A stretch of DNA of 64,000 nucleotides from Strigamia acuminata (taxonomy: Eukaryota), in the NCBI GenBank assembly GCA_949358305.1, contig OX442314.1, positions 19,158,001 to 19,222,000 on the forward strand, given 5' to 3'. Under the pieces are notes generated by a model. That model worked only from the letters and a program-made list of their open reading frames with translations, was not told the DNA's origin and made no database searches. Within the stretch, counting starts at the first letter, position 1, and the number at the start of each line of letters is the position of its first letter. Made by a program: the position numbers and the translations under genes. This document shows, in pieces, positions 1 through 12,800 of the stretch.

Positions 1-2759
1 TCTCTTCCCTCGAAAGTACTATAAGAAAACCCAAAGTGCTTCTATAAAAACTTTGCCTCGTTGTCTTATCCCATTTTACGCCTACTTCCTCTGCAATAAC
101 ATGTTGCTAAAATATTTGACTTTTCAGGAAGACTCGACGCTTGGATGAAACCCAACAAGTTTTCATAAACGAGGCGAGTGATGTTTCCGAACAACATCAA
201 ACCAAAAGCCACCCGGAAGTAGAACCGAGTTCATTTCTTCAACGAGACACGCCACATCTCCATAACTTAATCAGACCGGTCTGAATAACGATCGACCTTA
301 TGAAGATTTACTTGAATAAGAGAAGCAATTCACTGATTCCCTGTGTCAAGAAAAAAGCCAGGCGTCTTGCTGATGCCTGCTGAATCAAAATCACGACAAT
401 TGGCACGAAGGGTATAGCAGTGAGATGGGATGGGACTTCCATTTTCACACCCCTGCCTTACACACACAATGTCAGAATCCCTGCACCTCCTCCTGTTATT
501 ACAGCATCAGGAGCTTTCAACTGACTAAACACAAGTCACACGACCAGAATACAGATAAGCTGAGAAATTGCACTCAGAATTAACGCAGGAAGAAGCAGGC
601 TCATACATTTCTACAAGAATGCATAAAATATCCGTCGAGCTTCGTCTAATTTTAATCTTTAAATCACATCAAGTTTTATAAAACAAATTTTATAAAACGA
701 ATGTGAAAAATCGTTAATAATGCAGAGAATTACCATTTGTATCCGAATTGTTATCGATTTTCTGTCAATCTCGATCGTGATTTGCGACTGTCTAATTGCA
801 ATAAAATAAATGAAATAAAACAATTGGCAAGTTGTCTGCTACAAATTCTTAGCCCAAAGTTCAAATCCTGTGAGGTGTGGATAATGAAACCAAGAGCAAA
901 TCCACGAGGCACAAAAAGGGGGCAAAAAGGTCTTGGAAATGTTTCCTTTGGCTGAGGTGATTTGCTGTAATTAAGTTATCTGATTGCATTGACTTGGGCC
1001 TGACTTGCAAGAAGCATAATGAGAGGGAAAAGGCAGCACAGGGTGATTGGAGGGGATATAAAAAGAGGGGAAAAGCGTGGAAAAAGAAAATAAGGGAAAG
1101 CAACTTCCTTCGTGTAAATTGAAAAAACGCCCTTGTAGGTGCATAGGTAAGTTTCTATTTCATTAATTCGTGCAGTAAAAATGGGGGAAAACTTTCGTGT
1201 TTGTATTCAATCCGAACGAAGCCCTACTGCAATTGCAAATTTACAAATAAAAATAAATACAACTGCAGAGAATTATTGATAAAATCTACCAAGAAAACAG
1301 TAATAAAACGATGCAGTAAACCAATATCATGAAAAAAATATTGTATTCTATATTATATTTCGCAATTCACACTACCAATTGCAGTTTGTATTTCCAATTT
1401 AAACTTAACAGCATTTTAAATAACATATTGCTTTTTAAACTCGTTCTGACTTAAAAAATGGCGGCCGATTTAGACTATTTTCAATCGCAGTGAACATTTA
1501 ACCATAACTTTAAAATACGCCTACTACCAACTGCAATTTTTGATGTATAAAAGTCGATTGGTCGCAAACAGAACAAATATTTAATAATTCATCACCCATA
1601 ATGTGAAACAATGTGGACTTTTCGAGACTTTAGAGATTAAATTTCTAGATTATTTCTCTTTGAAAGAAGATTTTACATTTAAAATATTCCTTTTGTTGTA
1701 ATCGGCTATGCTTGCACTCACAAGCTCACAAGCTCACAAACCACTTTAACTTAAGCCAGTACGGCCGACTAACCCACTATATTACCCAGCAACCCATTAT
1801 CTACACTGTAACATTATTTTATAACTATTTCAGAATCTAAAACCAAAACTAAAGTAACCAATAAATTTAAAAACGGGAAACACCAAAGAGTTCAACGGTT
1901 TTGTTGTTGATCTTGAGCAGTAATTTAAAGCCCTACAGTTAAAGAAGCAGTTATGGTTTTGAGAGTTAACTTTTTTTGTGGGTACAATTTTAATTGCATA
2001 AATACATTTTTAAAAATTCAACCAATTCTGGCATGTAGTCTTGCAAAAGACATTCAAAATATGCCTAAGGTCTAGATTAATTGTGCAGCGCTGTCTAGCA
2101 AAGTCTGCTCAAAGATAACTGCAGCAGGAAAGGAGTAATGGGTCCCAATACGAAAGGGGAAATAAGCTGAAGGCTCTTTGGCAATAAGATCTCTTCACTT
2201 GCTTCTAACGGAACTATACAAAGTCAAGAGTAATTTGAAATCAATACTCTAAGTCATTAGGAAAAGTTCGCAGAAAAACTTTTGTAAGTTTAAGCAAAAA
2301 ATAAAATAAAAAAGTTTTAAAAAAAATTATTTTTCCCGACTCCTTTTAACTTTTTTTCTTCTTTCACAGTCTTCACTTATACCCGACCCTCTGCCCTCAA
2401 TTAGACTACTAATGGAAATTTAGCAATATCTTTTTACAAAAGAAAACATCGATATGTTTAAATTTAAGAAATCAGCACTGAAAGGGTTGAGCATCAATCA
2501 CTAAATGCGTTCAAATTGGTTAAGCAAATACTAAAAGTTTGTTTAAATGAATAAAATAAGTGAAATAAATTACTCATTGAATGAAATATTAAATTTTCTA
2601 ATGCACAGGCTGCACAAATAGCATTATTGTTGCTTAAGAAAAGTTAAGGAAAATAAGTGACACAACTCCTCGCTTAAAGCTAAGCAGAGTATAAATGAAC
2701 TAACTTAATAAAATATGACGTAAAAACCGTCGTATCCTGAAATGAAAACGAGTTTATCA

Positions 2760-3125
2760 CGGGGGTACGTCATAGGTGGAAAAAGTGTACAGATTCCAAT
2801 CTCGAGAATTCTCGCAAATCTTGCAAAATCCCACGAGATCTCATAAAATCTTGCAAAATACCACGAGATCACATAAAATCTCGCAAAATATCACGAGATC
2901 TCGTAAACCTCGCAAAATACCACGAGATCACGTAAAATCTCGCAAAATATCACGAATCTCGTAAAACCTCGCAAAATCTCGCAAAATATCACGAATCTCG
3001 TAAAACCTCGCAAAATCTCGCAAGATTATACCCAAATCCTGAGATTCCAGATTCCAGACACAGTATACTGTGATTTCAGAGATTTCCTAGTGGACTCTTA
3101 ACCCTCCCGTACGTCGTACCCCTCG
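2760..3125. mobile_element. Non-autonomous DNA transposon (MITE) with 8-bp TSD and internal ~30-bp minisatellite
   Basis: GTTTATCA at 2752-2759 and 3126-3133; imperfect TIRs CGGGGGTACG / CGTACCCCTCG; internal repeat unit like AAAATCTCGCAAAATATCACGAGATCTCGT at ~2808-3023. Confidence 0.75.
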
Positions 3126-4644
3126 GTTTATCAAATTAATACATTTAAGCAGATTTTTCTTAACTATTTTTAACACACCTATTCTTATCCTGTTTTTTTA
3201 TTATTAATTCACCAAATCAAATATTCCCAGCTTTAATTATGTAACAGTTTTACATAGAAATAAAGCAAAAACTTTTTTTTCATTATTTTTATGGATCTTT
3301 TTTTTGTTGTTGTCTAGTTTGTTCGTTAAGTATATTTCCGTTCTAAATGTTTTATGTTTCTCCTGCTTTGTCCCATTTTTTTCTCCTTCCTATTTTCTTA
3401 AATTTTTAAACTCTCACTAAAGACCACGTCCCATTCCCATTCCCAGTTGTTGTTCGCATTTGCTAAAGTACACCGCCGTCGAAGACCATTCGCAACGACA
3501 AAGGTACGTGAGCATTAATTCGTAATAGGTTAAATTAACCCAATTCCAAACCACTTTCAAAGGGCGGAAAGAAAACCCAGAATTAACAAAACCCCACAAG
3601 ACATCAATAAATTTAATAAACTGTCCTTCCGTACGAAATTCTATTCTAACTTAATACGTTTCTCCCACCAAAAATTAATTTCTTACAAGTTACAACAAAC
3701 TGCGTTTCACCCATTTCTCTCCAAACTTCCCTTAACTTTGCGATTGTCCCGCTTAGGAGTACAATATTACATGCGGCCAACTTCTTTCTTATTAAGTCTA
3801 GATATAAAACCGACTAAAAAGAAGTTGGTACGTATACAACCTAAAGGAGAGGGGAAAAATTCTGACAAAAAAAAAACGAAATCACCAACATACATGAGAT
3901 GGTCGGAGATGGAATTATAAATAAATAACGAAGAAAGAGGGGGAAAGGAAATGGAAAGAGCAAAGATAGTAATGCTTCCATTCTAGAAAATGCTGCTGGC
4001 AGTGAAGGAATGAGAGAAAACTTGCATTAGACTCAAGCCTAAGGGATGAGTCTCAAGAAGGGTTTCCAAATTGATAGCTTTGCACAAATAATGTTGAATA
4101 AATGCATGGAAATATCTGAAGGTGACATTCTCTTTTTCTTTTATAAAGAGAAAAAGAAAAAAATCTCTTAAGATAGGATCAATTCAATCAGAAATAAAAC
4201 TACAGTATGGCGTAATTGAATGAGCTTTATTTTGTGTTTGTAAAAAGGAGGGGAAAATCAACATTCCAGCTTTTTGTTTTTATTATTTAATACTGGTGCA
4301 TCATCATTATTTTATTACCAGAATACCCCAACTAAAAAAAAATAACTGAATAGGATAGTAGTAAAAAACATGATTGCTTTCTGCAAGAGCCCAAAAATCG
4401 ATATATGTTATTAAACGCCGCCAGATAGCACCAGTTACCAGAGAAGCAAAACAATTGGGGTATTACAGCACCAACTTTCACTACAAATATCACAACAGAA
4501 TGACCCAGTTTGTGTACCCCTTCAAAAGTACACTTTTTGTGTTTTATTCTTTTTTGTAATCATGTATGCATTAAAGAATGTGCAATATTTTAATGAAGAC
4601 CTTAAATAAAATAACCTTTGAGTTTTTTTCTAATTGAAATCAAT

Positions 4645-5081
4645 AGGTGCGTTCAAAGTTTATGCAGTTTATAAAAACGGTCGAAATCGTCAGCAAAAAT
4701 GCGTTGTTTTTGGCCCGTTTGTTGCATCGTGATCGCACGAGTACGTGGTGCATAAAAATTCCTTTTCTTTCATTTAACCAACGAATTGTGGTTGTGGCCT
4801 CTTATTTAAACATAATTTAGCATTTACTTAAATTTTAGGAAGTGGATGCTTCGCCTAAAAGTGTTTATAACATTTTAAAGTCTGATTCCTTGATCTAATG
4901 TTCGAGGCGGCTAGTTTGAATTTGGTTGTAAAAACCAAAACTCAACATAAATCGTTTCAAAAACAACTCCAGTCGTGGTTTTGGTTTTTGCGATGTTGGG
5001 TGATTGTTTTTGGCTAATTTAGATGTTATTCCGTTTATTGAAACGGTAACAACAGTAAAAACCGGAACATTGAACGCGCCT
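4645..5081. mobile_element. PIF/Harbinger-like MITE
   Basis: TIRs AGGTGCGTTCAA / TTGAACGCGCCT; 3-bp TSD AAT on both sides. Confidence 0.65.
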
Positions 5082-5295
5082 AATGTATTTCCATCCCGAG
5101 TAGAAAAATTCAGGAACAGACTGACAATACCCTGCTCAGTATAATCAAAATACCTGCAATTTCAGTGCAAAATATATTTTACTCAATTCACCCCTGCAAT
5201 CTCATAGAAAAGCATATCCATAAAACTTCATTAAGTTTATGCTTTTCCACAAGTTAACAGGTTCTATCTAATTTACGTAGGATATTCTCTAGTTA

Positions 5296-7175
5296 CTAAC
5301 CTGTAGCAGTGTTGTACGATGTCGACCATGACCCACGAAGTCCTTTCATTTGACGTTCCTGCAGTGCTATTTTACTCTTGTGTTTGGTGCCAACCAAATG
5401 TGAATCAAGTTGCAGCTGAGATGTCATCGTTGTATTGCACACAGTACAGATAAATTTCTGCTTTGCTTTGGTCTGTCCTTTCTTTGGTGGATTACTTGCT
5501 GCTGGTGGCAACCTATTTAAAATAATTTATTTAATATTGTCGCCACTAACAAATTTTCCATTATAGAAAAAGAATTTAAAATGAATCATGATTGAAATAA
5601 TAAATTTCTGAATTTTCTAAATGTTTAGAATTTTTTTTTTTACTGCTTCAACGACGTTAAATAATTTGAAAATTCATAAATTTATAATTACAAATTCTTA
5701 GAAATTAAAATTATCGTCCATATAAAGAGGTTATTAACTGTCGTTGCCATTTGCCCGTCGTTTGATTGAAGAAACCCTTAGAACACGGTCCTTCGCCTTG
5801 AATCCGTCTCAAGTGGTTTCGTCCACTATAATGTTGCCTAGCTTGAACATCTGAATTGAAGGCAACATCACATAATTTACAATATAAATCCTCTTCCTTC
5901 AGTTCTTTCTTTTCCTATTTAAATAAACAAGAGATAAATTATTACCATCCGTACAGAATCCATCAATTACAATACAATTTTGAAGTGAAATTTTTTTGTA
6001 CGTAGAGTGTTAGATCATTTTAATACTATTAGCACGATGAGACTGAAAAAAAGCAATAGGATTAAACTAAATATTTCGCCAAAATTAACAAATTATGTAC
6101 AATTTAAACACCACGTTGCTGCTAACACCATTAACTAAAAGATGCTGGGATTCAAACCAAATTATAGAAAAAAAAATAATAATTATTAAATATACAATTA
6201 AAAAAATTTCAAAACAAAAGTATTCTTGATTCGTCCATTTCTTTACCACTCAAGTCCAGTCAATATTTTTCCTAATGCTTTCTTAATATGAATTCTAAAC
6301 ATTGTGTCAACCAAATTGTAATAAAAAAAAATAAAAATAAAACTTTGTGTAACAATGGCATCGTCTCACTTTTTCAATTTTGCCGTTCATCGGATGAATA
6401 GGAATTCCTTGATCTTTCTTGATCTTTTCAACGTATTGTTTTTCCTTTTTCTTATGATTTTTCCCATCGTAATGAGACGAAGCTTGCAGCGATCCATTAA
6501 GTTGAGTTCCACATAATTTACAGTACAATGGCTGCATCAACTCGGAAGGAACTCGTACTTCTTCCTCGCAATAGTTCGTAACTACTAGTGACTCGCTGTG
6601 CACCACGAGTTTATTTACAACAGTTACATCGGAAACTTGCATTTCATTCAGAAAAACACTCGGTTTTATCGGTGTCTCCGCGAACTCGCTGAATTTCCTT
6701 TTCTTCACAGGCATCTGAGCTTCCCTTCTAAATGGACGTGGCATGTAGGGAGGAATAACTCCGTGACTGAAAGCTCCTGGTATTGGAGGGAGTGGAGGCG
6801 GCGGCGGAGGCGGGGGCGGTGGCGGAGGAGGTGGGCAAGTTTGTCTTGGTCCAACTGATGGTAATCTTGGAACGTTGTAATTCGCTGGAAAAACGGACGT
6901 AAAATCTAAAATAAAAAATTAATAAAAACTATTAGAATAAATAATTTTTAAAAATCGTAGGAAGCAAGATCAGCATCGTTTTTTGTACGTTTGTCCGTGT
7001 AACTGTGACAGTTTGAATTGGATTGAACACATATTTTTTAGTTTTGTCACTTGTGTGTGCCATTACTAACACGAGATTTATACGCTTGAGTTTTAATGTT
7101 GAGAATTCTTTTTTTTGATCAATCAAAATTGTTTACAAATTCTTTTAAATACATACCTGTAGGTCTAATTGCCAT
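5296..7175 (-). CDS. Multi-exon matrin/U1-type C2H2 zinc-finger protein (ZNF385/ZMAT-like) with N-terminal polyproline tract
   Basis: Phase-consistent GT-AG exons 7175-7157, 6905-6370, 5914-5739, 5512-~5300. Three fingers: YCKLCGTQLNG..SHYDGKNHKK, YCKLCDVAFNS..QHYSGRNHLR, FICTVCNTTMTS..SHLVGTKHKS. 3' end uncertain. Confidence 0.85.
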
Positions 7176-7762
7176 TTTTAAGCCTTGGTCTCTGTTAAAT
7201 AAGATTTGCATCAGTGTAATGTCGCTGTAAACACATTGTAATGATATCTACGCTAACATGGCAACCATGTTGACACGTTAGTTCTCCTATTTACCACGAG
7301 ATGGCGGTAAATAGAACTCCCGTGACTCAACAATAAAAATGCGGCAATTTCAAATACAACAATTGGTTTTAGATATTTAATTATAATAAAATAAAACACA
7401 TCAACAAATATTTACAATTTATTTTTTGTTTGATAATTCATTTAGTATTTTTTTTTATAAACATCCAATTTTCTAGGATCTAGATTAAGAAAGTAAAGAA
7501 ATATAAGTGATTTATTAAAGTTGTCTAAAATTTACCTCGCCATAGTTCTGCAACCGAAAACCAATCGCATATCGGCAAATAAAATAATCTATCAAGATAT
7601 AAATGAATGTAGTTTTCCAATTTGCAAGCAATTCAATTGTCTGAATCCTGATGATTAATTCAATTAAGTTTGATGTACTTGTATAGATTTTGACGGAGTA
7701 GATCGTAAAATGGCCACTTATTTACATCTGACACTGAAATTAAACACAATTTTTTAAAAATT

Positions 7763-9351
7763 TGTGACGATTGACTTGGCGAGATACAAATTACTTAACT
7801 ATTAACATAGGAACTCGTGTGAAAGTGTAAAAATACGGAGGCTTGTGATTTCTCAAATCATGTAACAATTTATTACGAATGGGAGACTTATATAAAACCT
7901 ATGCCTACAAATGGCTAAATAACTTCATGTTAAATATACAATGGGTTGGCAAAAGCCCTGAAATAATATCACTTGCGGTTTTCAGTCGTGCAATAAGAAT
8001 GTGTATCTTTCTTATTACGGTGACGTAAAAGATGTCGTCTGAGTATGGTTCAGGCTTCCAAATGGTCCTGGATTGGTTCTAAAATGGTGTGTAATGGTTA
8101 GGCTTGGGTGTGTTATATCCGAGAGGTGCGGTTGACTTTGGCACAATCATCACACGTGTAATTATTATATTGTTAATAATTACACAGCGCGATCATAAGA
8201 ATGATGCAACAATCGGAATAAATATTCATGTAAATTCCATTGAATTTAACATGATATTATGTTTCTAAGTCGAGCAAATAACTGTAAAATAAAGATGAAT
8301 TAAAATAGCGCCGAGCTATTTTTTGCCCCGAGTGCAATCAACATTTAAGTCAGACTGAAATGTTCCGTCAAACCAACAACGAAATGAATCGAAGTATTTC
8401 GCAGGAAAGGTTATCCATCGCCGGGAAATTACTCCACTCGGTCCTGGCTGGCGGGAGAGTAACCGGGAAATTACTCCGCGTCGATTACTCTGATAATGCG
8501 CCTGTGAAATATAAATACTCCACTCTAGATTCTACATTACCAATGCGTCTGTGAATTTTACTCCACTCTAGATTCTGCATTCTACAACGGAATGTTGGCA
8601 TGAAGCTGGAGGGAGTGCGTCTGTGGGTTGTACCCCACTCTAGATACTACACTTAAATGTGTCTGTGAATCTCTCCACTCTAGTTACTACATTTCTACAA
8701 CGGAATGTTGGCATGAAGAGGCGGGCAGTGTGTCTGTGAGTCTTCTACCCACTCTAGATACTTACACTAAATACAAAGTATTTCTACAACGGATTGTCGG
8801 AACGCAGAGAAGTATAATATGTGCTCAAGTAATATCAGTATCAAACAAAAACAGAACAAGAGCGAGCTATATCCGTTTTGCAGGGGGATATATACTCGGT
8901 GAGGAGAATAGCTGTTCAGTGATCCAATGGGATCACTGGGCAGTCAAATCCATCCAATCCCAGATCATAGGAAGTGGATACCCAGGACATAATCTTCTAC
9001 TAAGTCCACTACAGGAACTGGATACGCAGGACACACTTTGGATTAAGTCCCTTTGACTATAATCCAAAATGGGTCCAACTCACAGTGGGTGATGAAGGGT
9101 GACTTCACCAGGTGTAGAGTTTGCACATAATTCAATAGAATTATGTGACAAATAAATCAACTAGTATTTAAACATCCAAAAGTATTTAAAAGTGTCTAAA
9201 GTCGCAGTGGAATAAAATATAAATAGTAATTTATATTTTATTCACTCAAAAATTGTCGAAATTTGAAATTACCGCTAAAACGTATCAGCGCCATCTATTG
9301 GTGAAATAATCGTCCTATACTATCAAAGTGTATGACAGTGTAACCGTCACA
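7763..9351 (-). repeat. E1 3' LTR (1589 bp)
   Basis: Direct repeat of 16845-18433 with about 7 substitutions seen; PPT AAGGGGGACT (minus) adjacent at 9352-9361. Confidence 0.97.
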
Positions 9352-9848
9352 AGTCCCCCTTAAATATATGTTAATACCTGTATTAACATACTATTTATTC
9401 CGAATATCTTGAGGATCAAGACCACACTGTCATCTATGGAACTGGAGCTGAAATCCTTGGTAAGTAAAAACCTTTATTTTATATCTTAATAGTATAAATA
9501 AAGAGTATTTCTTAATCAAATGCTTCAAAAAATATTTATTAGGGTTATAAAACTTCCAATTATCAATAATAACTTCCATCTCTCTTTACAGGTGGACTTA
9601 CAACTGCATCAAGAAAAGGCGATAACTTAAACTAACATCAAACTCTTGTATCAAACAAATGATTAATAAAATTTAACAATTATTTTCACAAAACTTAACT
9701 TCTCACTGGAAATATAATGATTTGCAAAATAACACTTTACACGTTAAAATTCAAATATTTAAAATTTAGTATTTTTATAAACAAACTCACATTGACTCGT
9801 AATCAAATTTTAACGAAATTGTTAATTTAAATATCAAAGATCTTTGAA

Positions 9849-12800
9849 TTATTCACAAAAAACGGCATAAAATACACCTGAACCTGAACCTGACTCAATC
9901 TTTGTTTCATCTCGGGTTGGGAATGAAGATGGAAGAATTGAACTCGCTACCTCTGGTCTTGCCCTTAAAGGGGGAAATGTTGGGAAAGTAGCGGATCCCG
10001 ACATCGTTGACGCTTTTGCTTTTGAATTGTCGGAGAGCTTCCGTAGTGTGTAGGAACCTCCGCCGAGAACAGCCGTAATCTCCCAAGGTCCATCACGTTT
10101 CTCAGCGAATCCTGCCGAAATCCCTTTATCTTTATTCGATAAAATATGTGTGGCTTTCCACACGAGATCTCCTTTGGCAAATTGACAAATATAATATTTG
10201 TCTTTATGTAGTCGATCATGCTTTTCGTAATTCGATTGAATTTTCCGATGCATTTCGCTGTGTGCACGTCTAATTACGTCTAAAATGCTGTAGACGTAGG
10301 CTTCGGGGTTCTCTTTGTCGAATTTGATGGCGTGTTTAGTAATACGCGGGTCAAATGGCAAAGGAACGATTCTTCCCGTATTAAGAATCATCGGAGAACA
10401 ATTTGTTGCCTCGGACTTAGCGGTGCGCATCGCAAAGGCAAAAGAATTTAAATATTTTGGCCAGTGGGAGTGAATGTCCGAGTATAAAGCTAACATCATT
10501 TTTAAAGTCCTGTTAGCCCGCTCTGTAATATTAGCGGCAGCGTGATATGGGCTAATGTGAGCAATATCTACGTGATTTTTTCGACAAAAATCATTAAATA
10601 TTGTCGACACGAATTGTTTGCCGTTGTCGGAGATTATCTTTTTTGGATATCCCCAACGGTGGAAAACTTCGCTCATCTTATTAACAATACATTCACTTGA
10701 TGCAGTTGCTAGTGGGAAGACTTCAATCCATTTTGTACAATTATCAATGATTACTAAAATCCATTTTAATTGTGAACGACCGGCTGGCTTTGGTCCCATC
10801 AGGTCAATGCTTATTGTCTCCCACGGGTTGGTCATGTTGTGGGGTGTATAGCTTGCCCGATGCTTTTGGTGTTGACTAGGTTTGTATTGTTGGCAATGAG
10901 TGCAACTGCGAACGTAGTTTCGAGTGTCTTTGCTCATTCTAGGCCAGAAATACATCTTCTTTGCTCTATCTAGGGTTTTACTCATGCCAGCGTGTCCTGT
11001 AAGTGGATGGCCATGGCATGCGAATAATGCACGTCTCACAAGAGAGCGTGGAATTACCGCCTTAAACCCGTTGCCGGAGTCGTTTAACTCTTCCTCATCG
11101 GTCAGAGCAAAATAAATTAGCATAACACCTTTATTTTCTTCCGGTTCGTCGAGAGTGTAGCCACGAATCGCATTTAACCAATGTTTATCCGTGATACGAT
11201 TTTTTAATTTTTTGTCTCCTTTTAGGTAAACAAGGATTTTACTACATGCTGGATCTTTAAGCTGCGCTTCGATAATTTCGTCTCGCGTCGGCGGAACTAC
11301 TTTTAGGATATCTGTTAGCGCAGTGTGTACATTTTCGTGATTACAATTGTGGACATCTATATGTCTGCAATTTTCTCTCGTGCATCCTTCTTCCTCCCCC
11401 TTTTCTCCAGAATCATGAAATCAAACTGGATTATATGATTCTGAGAAAAAATCTAAACTAAGGCCAACATTTGTAAGAAAATGTTTGCGCTCAGTCTCCG
11501 TCACTTGTAAAGATGCACACCTGTTTCCATTCCAAGTTGGATAGAAATGAGTAATTTCCTCTGGTTCGATATAATCATAATCCGGAGTGTCTAGTGCAGA
11601 CAGTGGAGCGCGTGATAATGCGTCCGCTACTTGGTTCATTGCACCGCGTCTAAAAATAATTTTAAACGCGCCACATTGTATTTTGACGGCCCAACGACCA
11701 AACCTTCCCGATGGTTCCGGCGTACTCATCAACCAGCTAAGGGCCTTAGCATCGGACTCGAGAGTGAAAGTCGTGTATTCAATATATGGGCGAAATCTTT
11801 CGATTGCCCATACAACGGCCAAACACTCCAATTCCGGCGTAGAATACCTTACTTCGGCCCCGTGTAACACTCGACTGGCGTACGCGACTGCTTTCGGGAC
11901 CATTATTAATTTCTGTTTCTTTTCACAGAATAATTCTACGTCCTGACAGAGTACTGCACCTAAGCCTGAATGAGAAGCATCTGTCAAAATGACAAAAGGC
12001 TTATTCATATCTGGCATGTGGAGAAGGGCTTGGTCCTTGTCACACAAAATATCTTTGATAGTTTCGAATGCAGTTGTTTGTGGATCATCCCACACAAACT
12101 TTGCTTGATCATGCATAATATTGGTCAATGGACGAGCAATATTTGCGATGTTAGGAATGAATTTTCGGAAAAAATTCGCAAGTCCTACAAATCTTTGAAT
12201 GTCTTTAGAACAAGTCGGTTTGGGAAAATTCCTTACAGCCGAGACTTTGTCAGGGTCTGGAAGAAGAGATCCCTCGGAAATTAAATGGCCTAAAAATCGT
12301 AATGATGTTCGACCAAATTTTGACTTGTCTTTATTGATAGTTAGATTTGCGGCATCTAACTTCTCAAGTACGTCTTTAATATGTAATAAATGATTTTCCC
12401 ATGTGTCGGAAAAAATAATTATATCGTCTAAATAGACCAGAGCGTGTTTATATAAAGAGTCACCCAATACGGTAGTCATGAGGTGTTGAAAAGAACTAGG
12501 TGCATTACAAAGACCAAATGGCAATCTCTTGAATTGAAATTTGCCTTTTGGGGTGTAAAAAGCAGTTTTGCTCTTATCCTCCTCCTCCATTTCCATTTGA
12601 TGATAACCTTTAGTTAAATCAATGGACGTAAAGTACTTGGCCTGATTAGTATGATGAATTAACAGGTCAATACTTGGCATTTGAATTGCATCAACTTCTG
12701 TGATTGCATTCAACCAGCGGTAGTCGATACATAATCGATACTTCCCGCCGGGTTTAGCCACTATGACGGGGTGACTTATATAGGGGCCGGTGGCAGGTTC

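Noticed and set aside
1..1200. Possible exon/UTR or promoter of a neighbouring gene
   Set aside because: No recognisable protein motif or supportable gene structure
8360..9056. Duplicated 64-142-aa ORFs in LTRs (also the E2 and E3 LTR ORFs)
   Set aside because: Duplicated only because LTRs are; derived from repeats; the KVNRTSRI frame shared by E1 and E2 stops immediately in E1
11421..11423. Selenocysteine or alternative genetic code explaining in-frame stops
   Set aside because: Both TGA and TAG occur, positions are not conserved between E1 and E2, E3 has none, and TGA terminates intact ORFs in this window
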